Source of the DNA: Histomonas meleagridis 2922-C6/04-290x
Lineage: Eukaryota > Protista > Parabasalia
DNA length: 64,000 nt
Direction of reading: 5' to 3'
Assembly: GCA_020184695.1 (NCBI GenBank)
Contig: JAANOX010000153.1
Coordinates: 744,001 to 808,000, forward strand
Shown here: positions 1-9,627 of the stretch, piece by piece
How positions within the stretch are numbered: the stretch's first letter is position 1
Layout: each line of letters begins with the position of its first letter
Made by a program: the position numbers and the translations under genes
Notes under the pieces: model-generated
What the model saw: the letters and a program-made list of their open reading frames with translations, nothing else
Told to the model about the DNA's origin: nothing
Databases searched by the model: none

Positions 1-2
1 CA

Positions 3-938
3 CAACAATTTACTTATTATCCTGAATTAATCAAAGCAATTATTAGCGCAACGGATTCGGGGCACCCCGATTTTCCTCTCTTGCAAAAAGCTCATATAAA
101 GTTCTCAAATATTGGCAGAACGATCACAGAGAAGAAGCTTATCACTGAGTCACAAAAAGAGCTTCGATCGATTCGTTTGAAGACTACCATCAAAGACAAG
201 AGCACACCATTTATCTTAAATGATGTTCTTTTATGTCGTGGTCAATTTGAGAAGAAATCTTATAATAAGCCAAAATTTGCCGAAAACGAAGGATCAATCA
301 TATCTACGTCAGCTAGCTGGGGATTAAAGACCTACCAAATGCAAACAGGATCAATCCATATAACACATTTTAGACCATTTGGAAGTAGTATGGATAGTTT
401 CTTCAGTAATCCAAAAATCGCAATCATTTTGTTCCAAAAGACAATTCTCTTTGGTATCCAAAAGACCAGTGACAAGTTCAAGCTCAAGTTTTCATGTAGG
501 ACATCTGAAGTATTATGGGATTTCGCATCTGAATATGGAATGGAATCCGTGATGTTATATGCACCCTTTGGAAGTCTGTTGCTTAAGTTTTCGCCACCAA
601 AGGGCTCATCGGCAAACTTCGAAAGAAATAGATGGCGATCTGACATTGACAAACTTCAAACCACAAATGAGGCAGACTTAGAGTCCAACGACGGAGTTGA
701 GTTTTGTTATGTTTCTTGGGTTGGGGAAGAAACGAAATGTGTTCATTCACATACGTTTGTTGTCCATTGTTCGGATAAAAACGAAGCGAAAACGAAAATA
801 ATCGAAAGCCTGGCGAAAGAAGGAATAAAAATAATGAAAAAATCGGGAAGTGATAATTTGTTAATCAATTTCGACTTCCAAACTGTCAAAGTTAACAAAG
901 GCCAAAAATTGGAAGTAATCAGTGACTTGTTTGTGTAA
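3..938 (+). CDS. RhoGEF (DH-PH)-like protein, 5'-truncated by the window edge
   Basis: Frame is open from position 3. It reads QQFTYYPELIKAIISATDSGHPDFPLLQKAHIKF, resembling the C-terminal helix of a Dbl-homology domain (Y P L L L ... T ... H P D ... L), followed by a PH-like beta-rich region. The ORF-track start at 81 is a TTG, not an ATG. Confidence 0.6.
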   Translation, partial: QQFTYYPELIKAIISATDSGHPDFPLLQKAHIKFSNIGRTITEKKLITESQKELRSIRLKTTIKDKSTPFILNDVLLCRGQFEKKSYNKPKFAENEGSIISTSASWGLKTYQMQTGSIHITHFRPFGSSMDSFFSNPKIAIILFQKTILFGIQKTSDKFKLKFSCRTSEVLWDFASEYGMESVMLYAPFGSLLLKFSPPKGSSANFERNRWRSDIDKLQTTNEADLESNDGVEFCYVSWVGEETKCVHSHTFVVHCSDKNEAKTKIIESLAKEGIKIMKKSGSDNLLINFDFQTVKVNKGQKLEVISDLFV

Positions 939-1200
939 ATGTTGTTTTCTATACGTTGATTTATTAAACATTTTGTTATCGTTAATTTCACAATTTTATT
1001 TCATTTCATATTATTTTTATAAAAAGATAATTATCATTGAGCATATTCAAATTGTTTCTGTTTTTCATATAATGAATTAAATAAAATAATTTCTTAATAT
1101 TTAACGTATTAATTCGATATTTTAAATTTATTTTTAACACAAAAAGAATTTGCATTATCCATTAAAACTTATCAAAACACAAAATGATTTTCATCAAATC

Positions 1201-2361
1201 TTAACAAGAAGCGGCAGTCAAATGCAACGCGCAGAATTTTTTGTTCAGCCAAACCTGCGCAGTTCCTCCGTCGCCCCAATCGAATTTTGCTGCTTCCGAG
1301 TGCTCCATTTCCATCAGCAGCACTTCGTCCTGCGGCTGCATCACATCCTGCACGAATTTCGGGTATCCGCCCAAATAAGTTCCGTTCTCTCTGTCGAGTG
1401 GAACCTGATTTGGGAACACCAGCGCCATCTGCTGCAGCTGTTCCAACGTTGGAAAGCCAGTGAATTGCTGAGGCGCATTATTGCATTCATCGACGAGATA
1501 CAGTTCCCATTCGTTTAATTCGGGATGCAAATCCCGCATATTCTCTGATGATTTTATTGTCATTGTGTCTTTGCGCCAACCAGTGATTGTTCGCGGCTCA
1601 TTAAACACACGCGAAGGATTATCATTTGCGTATTGTAACTCATTTGGTTTCGCAATTATTATTTGATTGTACTCATACCAACATTCGTTGTTGGGACAGC
1701 CATAGCATATGATAACACAATCGTGATCATTAGCTGGGAAATAACTTTTGATTTCATCTGGAAGAGTTCCAATGTACAAAGAAAAGATTAACGCAAATGG
1801 CTGCTCACACCCGCCACATGTCGGGATGAATGGTTTTATATATGGAACACGTCCTCCAAATTTGGTGACACGAGGATCAGTAGAATCGGAATTGGTAACA
1901 ATAGGATAGTAACATGGAACTCGTGTGGACTCAATAAGTGATCGTATTTGATTTAGTTTGGCTTTGTATTGTAAAACAGCAGTGGTATCTTCTTGGAAAA
2001 TATCGGGTGAATTGGTTTTAAGATTATGAAGAAAAAATACCTCAGAATCAGAGAGAGTCTTGCCATCAAGGTAATGAAGATAAGATTTGGCTAAACCACA
2101 ATATAAAAGTGATTGGCAAAGACTAAGAGGAGAGCAATGTAATTCTCCAAAAGAACCAGAGGTAGAACAGATTTCAAAAAACTTTGTTTGCATTTCTTGT
2201 GTTGAACACATGGCTTGAATTGTTCTTTCAAATAGTTTTTGAGCTGGGTCTAATACAGTACGTAACGATGAAAGTCCTTCCAAAATATCAAGGAAATTAT
2301 TTGGCGTTGAAAATGTGGTTATTACTTGAAGATATTGAGTTAGATCATATTTACAAGCCAT
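1201..2361 (-). CDS. DUF1963/YwqG-like domain protein
   Basis: C-terminal motifs TKFGGRVP..CGGC, YLGGYPKFVQ and DWGDGGTAQVW match the YwqG/DUF1963 pattern. First in-frame ATG is at 2361 (track start 2478 is TTG), so the start is uncertain. Confidence 0.55.
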   Translation of the reverse strand: MACKYDLTQYLQVITTFSTPNNFLDILEGLSSLRTVLDPAQKLFERTIQAMCSTQEMQTKFFEICSTSGSFGELHCSPLSLCQSLLYCGLAKSYLHYLDGKTLSDSEVFFLHNLKTNSPDIFQEDTTAVLQYKAKLNQIRSLIESTRVPCYYPIVTNSDSTDPRVTKFGGRVPYIKPFIPTCGGCEQPFALIFSLYIGTLPDEIKSYFPANDHDCVIICYGCPNNECWYEYNQIIIAKPNELQYANDNPSRVFNEPRTITGWRKDTMTIKSSENMRDLHPELNEWELYLVDECNNAPQQFTGFPTLEQLQQMALVFPNQVPLDRENGTYLGGYPKFVQDVMQPQDEVLLMEMEHSEAAKFDWGDGGTAQVWLNKKFCALHLTAASC

Positions 2362-2659
2362 ATCAAATGTTACATTTTGAAGTTTTACAAATTCCTTTTT
2401 GACCTCCTCAGGGAGGTTAAGGTGCGACAAAGGGTTATAGCCACCTAAGAAGAACGTTGGAATATTTGGATGAATCAATTATAATTATAATTTACCTTGT
2501 TGACCGTTATTTTAAGGATTCTATCGGTGATATAAACGATATTTTGACGATAGAATGAATTGAATCGCAAAACCTCTGTATCGTTATTTTAGGAAAATAA
2601 ACGTATTTTGAATTGGAGGGCGGTTTTGACACGACAGTTTTCCAAAAAATCTGTTTTAC

Positions 2660-3127
2660 TTAACAAACAAAAAGAGGTTGTGGAAACATAAAGTCCTGGA
2701 AAGGAAGGGATGATATTCCAGGAAGAACAACCTTTGGTTTTGAAGAAACTTCATTTTCAAATTGGTAAGGAGGATTAACATTATTTGCCATGGCGTTCTG
2801 TTTTCTAAGGAGTTTGCAACATCTGTTCCTTGTGCTTACATCAGTTCTTCCTGGGAAAAAGCTTGCAATTTTACCCCATTTTGGACCTAGTAGTTTATAA
2901 TTTTCTAACAAAATTGCATCTTCTTCTGGTGTCCATTCAGAAAGGTTTGTATATGGCGATAAATAATGGTTCCACCTGTCACGACATTGTCTAGCGGTAC
3001 GATTTCCAATTCTTTGAGCAACAGCTTGCCAATTGCTTGTTCCAATCTGTGAGATGATGAGCTTAAGCAACACGTCTTCAGTTGGTGTGAATTGGTTTCT
3101 ATGGTTCTTTTTTGGTGTCGTGCTCAT
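2660..3127 (-). CDS. R2R3 Myb-like DNA-binding protein
   Basis: Two Myb repeats: FTPTEDVLL...NWQAVAQRIGNRTARQCRDRWNHYL and WTPEEDAILLENYKLLGPKWGKIASFFPGRTD. ATG at 3127 is preceded by Inr-like TCATT. Confidence 0.92.
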   Translation of the reverse strand: MSTTPKKNHRNQFTPTEDVLLKLIISQIGTSNWQAVAQRIGNRTARQCRDRWNHYLSPYTNLSEWTPEEDAILLENYKLLGPKWGKIASFFPGRTDVSTRNRCCKLLRKQNAMANNVNPPYQFENEVSSKPKVVLPGISSLPFQDFMFPQPLFVC

Positions 3128-4570
3128 AATGATTTGTGATTTGATTTTGTCAGATTCTAATTGAATGAGCACCTATGACGAGATTTGGAATCATAGATGC
3201 TCCTTTTCAAAATTGAATAGGAATAACTTAGAAACTGTGATCCATTCAAAAAAAGTTGGATAAGTATTCAAAAGCAGGACTTAAGTTTAGTTTTACAACA
3301 TCCAACAATTAAAACAAAATGTTTGTGTTTTATGAATGGTAATATAACTAAAATATAATATGCTAAATAGATGTGTTGATGTTTTTAAAATCATTTGTTA
3401 TCTTTTTCAAAATCATAAAATTTAACTAAATTTCATAATTAAAACATGTTAATTCTGTTAATCCTTTTCTTCTTTGATTGTTTTAAAAAAATCTAAAACA
3501 TACCAGACCTACGCTGATGCACTTTATTAAAATTGGTCAGTTCAACTTGAATTTTTCTATTCTTACATCAACCAACATTATCCGATTTCCTTGATAACTC
3601 TTCTATGTCAAAAATATTTTCTAAACTTATCTTACAAAAAATATTATTGATATTTTCATATGATCAACAACTTTTGTCAATTATTTTAATAAACATCTTA
3701 TGTTTTAAATATGTTTTTTTTTATTAATTTTGATGAAAATTATGTTTCATGATGGGAAAATGTCTGATGAATTCCAAGATAATAAAAATGATTTTGAATA
3801 CTTTATTGTTTATTATTTTGGTTGATAAAACAGTTTGAAACCATCAAGCACTCAATTTTAATAACTAGTTATTGGTTGTGAGAGTTGGCCTCTGAATCTC
3901 AGAAGACAACACATAATCAAACGGCCAAAAACTTCTCAGTTTTTTTTCTCCAAAATTGACTCAAAACGATTAAATGTTGTTGAAAATGCATCTTCGATGA
4001 TTGTGAGGAGGAGTTGAGGATTTTCATGAGCGAAATGCCTGATTATCTAAATCAAAACTAAAAGAAAACAAGCGGCAAAAAAATAATAATTTCATAACTG
4101 TTTAGTGGCTTCAATCCCAAAGATCGTGATTGAATGCAAGTAGTTCTATGGAATAAAATATCGAGAAGATTTGAAACGAGCATAAAGCATCCAGAATTAT
4201 TGAGTATTGTGAATTTGCTTGCAACATTCGAATTAATCTCGATAAACGATAAACTTCAAAAAAAGTTTTGATTAAATTTCCCCATGAATTTTGAATAAAT
4301 ATTTCACCATTCCTTGATTAGATTGTTCTAAAAAAACAATGTGTATTCTTTTAAATAATAATTGTTCAATTATTTTCATAATGCGTTTTAAAACAAATCA
4401 TTTTTATTTCTTTTTGCTTTATTGTATTATCATTTTTGTTCGAATTCATTACAGGATTCAATCGGTTTTTTAATTTCTAAATTAATTTCGAGAAATCTTT
4501 TATTAAACGGTCTCTATTTAACGGTTTCTTGGATTTGTTCTCCTAAAGGGGAACTGATTCTTGAAAACAC

Positions 4571-5944
4571 ATGAAAAGCAATTACAAAAGTCCAGAAAGG
4601 CCAAGCCTTAAAAAGAAGCCTCACTTACGAGAAAGTGACACGGAATCTGAAACAGAATTCGCTAAAATCCAAATTGATCAAAATTTTCCATTATTGGTTC
4701 AATACTTTGAAGGACAAAATGTAAGCTTATTTACTGAAATTGCAGATAAGTTTTCACTTGTTTTTTATCAGAAAACGCCATTTTTTGCTCAATTATTTCT
4801 TCCAAATTTATGTTCATTTTTAAAAAAAATATTAACAATTGATCTCACAAAGTTTTATTTACAGGCCTCACTGAGGTTATTAGGCTCCATTTTAGCTTGC
4901 AAATCACCCATTATCGCAAGCTTTTTTTCTGATACATATGAATTATTTTTTAACCTATTAAATTCAAATGACCCAGATCTTATTATTTGTTCCCTTAATG
5001 TTATCAGTCACATCATTCAATCAACCGATGATCCTCAAGAAATTCCATTTGATATTGATCTCAGTATTTTACTTGAAATTAGTGACAAATTTCCCGAAGC
5101 AAATGATTCTATTGTATACTTATGTTCATCCAGTCTTGTTTACAAGCCACTTTCATATTTGCGTGATCAATACATATCCGTAATGAACAAAATCTTTACA
5201 CCTGACTTAGATCCGACATTCTATTTATATGGCCTCCGAAAGATATTTAAATCTCATCCAAAAGAAATTTATGAACTGTTTTATGAAGAGAATTTTTTTG
5301 AGAAACTTTCGACATATATATTCATTGAAAACTTCGAAAAGTTATCATTACATAGTTTAAAACTCTATAAAACAATGATCAAAACATATAAACAAAAAAG
5401 CGTTGAACTCATTACATATATTTCATATGAAAATGTATTTAATTCGTTACATTTCTTTACTGATGACTACAAAATCAAAAACATTTCATATTATTTAATA
5501 CGAAAACGAATTCCAACGCAATCGAAAATAATTAATGAGATATATAACATGAACTTAAATGAAACATTTTATGATGACATCGAAAATGGAAAATTTTCAC
5601 TAAAATTAGAAACATTAAAATTGATATTAAAAATAATGGAATATTCGATGGACAACAATGAAATGATATTATTTTGTTTCGAAAAACATTTCGTAGAATT
5701 AGTTTTGGATTATATATCAAACGATTCATCGAAATTGACTTATAATGTGTTTAAGGTGCTGTTGTACGTGCTGAGACATTTGTCGTTGGAAGATAAATGC
5801 GAAATGAAAAAATATTTGATCGAAATGAACATAATAAACGAAATTGAAGTATTCGAATCTGAAGAATGCGAATTGAAACTACAAATGAAAGCGTCGGAAC
5901 TATTAAACGAACTTAAAGAAGAAGAAATATATATTAATAAATAA
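4571..5944 (+). CDS. Hypothetical alpha-helical (ARM/HEAT-like) protein
   Basis: 457-aa ORF from ATG, Leu/Ile-rich helical composition with a basic N-terminus. Family not recognised with certainty. Confidence 0.6.
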   Translation: MKSNYKSPERPSLKKKPHLRESDTESETEFAKIQIDQNFPLLVQYFEGQNVSLFTEIADKFSLVFYQKTPFFAQLFLPNLCSFLKKILTIDLTKFYLQASLRLLGSILACKSPIIASFFSDTYELFFNLLNSNDPDLIICSLNVISHIIQSTDDPQEIPFDIDLSILLEISDKFPEANDSIVYLCSSSLVYKPLSYLRDQYISVMNKIFTPDLDPTFYLYGLRKIFKSHPKEIYELFYEENFFEKLSTYIFIENFEKLSLHSLKLYKTMIKTYKQKSVELITYISYENVFNSLHFFTDDYKIKNISYYLIRKRIPTQSKIINEIYNMNLNETFYDDIENGKFSLKLETLKLILKIMEYSMDNNEMILFCFEKHFVELVLDYISNDSSKLTYNVFKVLLYVLRHLSLEDKCEMKKYLIEMNIINEIEVFESEECELKLQMKASELLNELKEEEIYINK

Positions 5945-6775
5945 GTAAAATGTATAATTTTGTTTTGTATAAATTTGATCAAATATTATAATACTCTGTA
6001 AATGTTATGTAAATAAAGCGTAATAACGAATGAGATTCATATTGAATTAATTCATGTTGCCAATACATGGAATAAAAACTTTCGCAAAGTGCTAGTAATC
6101 TAATTCATGAATTAGCACTTGTTAGAAGGAATAATAGGATTTAAATATATTCACTAAGTTCTTAAATTTCAGTAAAAAATACATTTCCTCTTATTTGAAA
6201 ATAATTTTTCACTGACATTAAATTTTCGAGTTAAGGATACTGAAGAACTCTATTTAATGGCTAAAATTAATACTCCAAGATAAATCATAAAAGTTATTCA
6301 TTAAAACACAAATTACTTCCACAAAATTGAGAATAATCTGTACATAATAAAATCTATATCCTATATTATAAAGCGTAATATTTTTTTATTAATATATCTC
6401 TTTAAATTGAATCAGTATATTATCAAAAGTGAAATTACGGAATATAGAGATCACGTGATTGGAAAGAGATTTCAGAAAAATAAAGCCATTTTTGAACATA
6501 TTTTGATATGTACTCATAAATAGATAAACATTACCAATCTCAATATCCTTAATTTTAAGATCTTAAATAACAAGGTACGGTGAAATTATTTTTTTTATAT
6601 AAACATATTATCCAAGACATATCAAAGTATATATTTATCATAAAATTTTACAATACAAAAATGAAAGTAATAATAATATTTATTGAGTAGTATTTCCTCT
6701 GAAAGAAGAAAAATTTTATTATTGTTAAAACAAATCACATAAAATAATGTTATTTTCAGTACTGAAAAATCAAAA

Positions 6776-7910
6776 TTATATATTTAAATGAGACTTGGGA
6801 AATTCTTCAATAAAATCATTTGCGAAAGGATCTTCTTCGATATTTGAAATAGAAGAAACATTAACAATTGATATTTCTTCATTTTTATATTGTTCGAAAT
6901 CTTCTGATTCTTTAGTTTCAATATTTCGTTTTTTATGGCGAATATAAGCAAGTACAACAGCAATTATTATTACAATGGAAACAACTGGTGTTACAATACC
7001 AACAATTATTGTTTCATTGACTTTATTGTCATTAGTTGCTGTTGTAATAATTCGGTAAATTGTGAAAAAATCGGAATAATACGAAATATAATATGAATAA
7101 CTAATAATAGTGTAATCATAATAAATAAACATTGTCTGTGAGTATATATATGTGGAGTTTAAAAATGTTTGCAAAATAGTATTTGTGATAAATATACTAT
7201 GAAGTGTGATAGACTGTGTAAAGCATAATGAACTTATCATGATTTTGGAATGCGTTAGGGTTAAGGATACGTATTGTTCTGGTGAATTAGTAAATGTATT
7301 TGTTTCTGTGTCTGGATACGATATGGGTCGCAAATTTGATTCATCATACGACTCCAAGCGTGTGAATGTATCTGACACTGAATATGTGTTTGATTGAAAA
7401 TATGTATTAGTCTGTGAAAATGTATTTGATTGAGAGAACGTGTTACTTTGTGAATATGTATTTGATTGAGAATATGTATTACTCTGTGAAAATGTATTTG
7501 ATTGTGAAAATGTGTTTGATTGTGAAAATGTGTTTGATTGTGAATATGTGTTTGATGGTGTCGGCGTATATGGAAGTGTTGGAATCGGTGCGCAGCCTTC
7601 TGTCGGTGTGTCTTTGAGAGCTGTTAAGCCCCCAAACGTGTCACTAGAATAATAACTAAATACCATAACTGTCGTAGCTGGAATACCACTAAGTCCCAAG
7701 GTATGAAATGATGGTTCTGTTGTTCCATAAAAATAAATACATTTAAAAAGCACCATAAGGTACTGAAGTAGCTTCAAAAACTAAAAGATGAAGAGTGTAA
7801 TCTTTATATTGAGAATAATCAGTTCCATCATAAAAATCATTTATTATGAGTGTGGAATTATCTGATATGAAATCCTGCTTTGAATAATAGAAGAAGAAAC
7901 AGAGAAACAT
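6776..7910 (-). pseudogene. BspA-like surface protein copy with the LRR block deleted (frameshifted)
   Basis: Near-identical to 14239-14967 but missing 224 nt (14565-14788 of the intact copy), giving GCT TTT TAA at 7743. The downstream frame keeps the SQSNT(F/Y) stalk, a TM helix and the tail EEDPFANDFIEE. Confidence 0.8.
7375..7555 (-). repeat. 18-bp coding tandem repeat (SQSNT[F/Y])n
   Basis: About 10 degenerate 6-aa units visible in the ORF 6776..7777 translation. Confidence 0.9.
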
Positions 7911-8061
7911 GGGAAAAAGTTTTGAAGCACACCCACTCACTTTTTAAGTAAATACAATTCAAATTATTCAATTATCGTCGTTTTTGACTCATTCAAAAAA
8001 GATGAACCCGTTGAGTATCTGCAGTTAAATTTTCTGTAAAACAGTTATTTTGGATTAACGG

Positions 8062-8339
8062 TCATGACTTGTCTATTATTTCTTCTTCTGTATCCCCTTC
8101 GCGAAGTTGACGACTCATCATGTAAAGGAATTCATCAAACTCGATTGTTCCATTTCCGTAATATCTTCTTCGTTTACCATATCTTGTATTTCAGCCTCAG
8201 AAGGATTTTGACCTAATGATCGCATTACAGTTCCTAATTCCTTAGCCGTAATTCTACCATCCCCATCCTTATCGAAGATATTGAATGCTTCACGGAATTC
8301 TGCAATTTGTTCAGGTGTTAAGTTGAGATCTTCAGACAT
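8062..8339 (-). pseudogene. CaM: Calmodulin pseudogene (EF-hands 1-2 only)
   Basis: [57 protein letters not shown], then a 1-nt deletion. The shifted frame continues [28 protein letters not shown] and stops; the C-lobe is absent. Confidence 0.85.
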
Positions 8340-9276
8340 GTCTTGCGCTTTACAACTGTTGTAAACTGACATTTTTCAAATAAATGAAGAAATCATGTTA
8401 TTGGAGTCTAGTTAGAATATTATCTTACGTTTGATATTTATCGCAGTAAAGGTAATTCCAATTTGACAGTACCCACTAAATTGTAAATTAAAAAAATCAG
8501 AAATTTGTGACATAATTCCATAATCTTTTGCAATATTTTTCAAACCCACATACTTTATTTCCTACTGTTCACCACCTCTGTCCAAATATCTAACTTTCAT
8601 TTCAAATATTTTTTTCCAGTTTCGATAGAAAATTTTGAATTATTTTTGATCGAAAACAGTAAAAAAAAATTTTTCATTGCATTAAGACAGAAATTTATTT
8701 CTGGTGTTTTATGTTTTGAGCTCCGGTAATAAGAAATATTCAAAAAATTTAGAGTTCTCATTTGGGGACAAAATCATGTTTCCAAAAGAACTGTTCACAC
8801 CAAGAAAAATTTCACCCAAAAAAGTTCGAAAAATAAGTTTACACTATATCACATGAAATGATACTTCAAAGTACTACTTGAGAACTCTAAAAAAATCAAT
8901 TAAAACAAGAAAAATGTATGGCAAGAAAGAATATGTGAATACAGATCAAAAAGTCTGTTCAGTAACCCACACTACATGAACTATTGTTCTACCACAACAT
9001 TGAGATCAGACAATACTTTTAATGATCATATAGGCAAAAACAACGAAATAGATTCAAAACATGGAAAGATTATTTTATTGAATGAGTGTTATGATTGGAA
9101 CATAAAATAATATAACAAATTTATGTGCTCATAAATGCAAACCAAAATAGCATTATTACATTTATGAATTTAAATTCAAATTTTTGAATAAAATGAAAAA
9201 TATCAATCAGAGAGTTCATGAAAACCAGTTATTTCTATTTTAACACTATTGCAATTCAGCAGTGATATCATTCTTA

Positions 9277-9616
9277 AATTATCAAAATATTATAAATCAT
9301 TTTAATAAATATCAAATCATTTAAATAAATATCAAATCATTTAAATATATTATAAATCATTTAAATAAATATCAAATCATTTAAATAAATATCAAATCAT
9401 TTAAATATATTATAAATCATTTAAATATATTATAAATCATTTAAATATATTATAAATCATTTAAATAAATATCAAATCATTTAAATAAATATCAAATCAT
9501 TTAAATAAATATCAAATCATTTAAATAAATATTAAATCATATAAATAAACATTAAATCATTCAAACAAATTATAAATTTTTAAAATAAATTTCAAATTTT
9601 CAAAATAAATTTCAAA
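9277..9616 (-). repeat. 20-bp tandem array, 17 units (TTTGATATTTATTTAAATGA-like)
   Basis: Exact 20-nt period. Each unit equals one codon plus one 17-nt element of the ankyrin-junction type. Confidence 0.9.
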
Positions 9617-9627
9617 TTGTTATAATA

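Noticed and set aside
3900-4300. Possible MULE-transposase remnant (KCIFDDCEEELRIF)
   Set aside because: Too short and interrupted by stops; no terminal repeats seen.
8400-8900. Possible integrase remnant on the minus strand (YLDRGGEQ) and an 11-bp inverted pair TAGAGTTCTCA
   Set aside because: Single weak motif; cannot be supported without a profile search.
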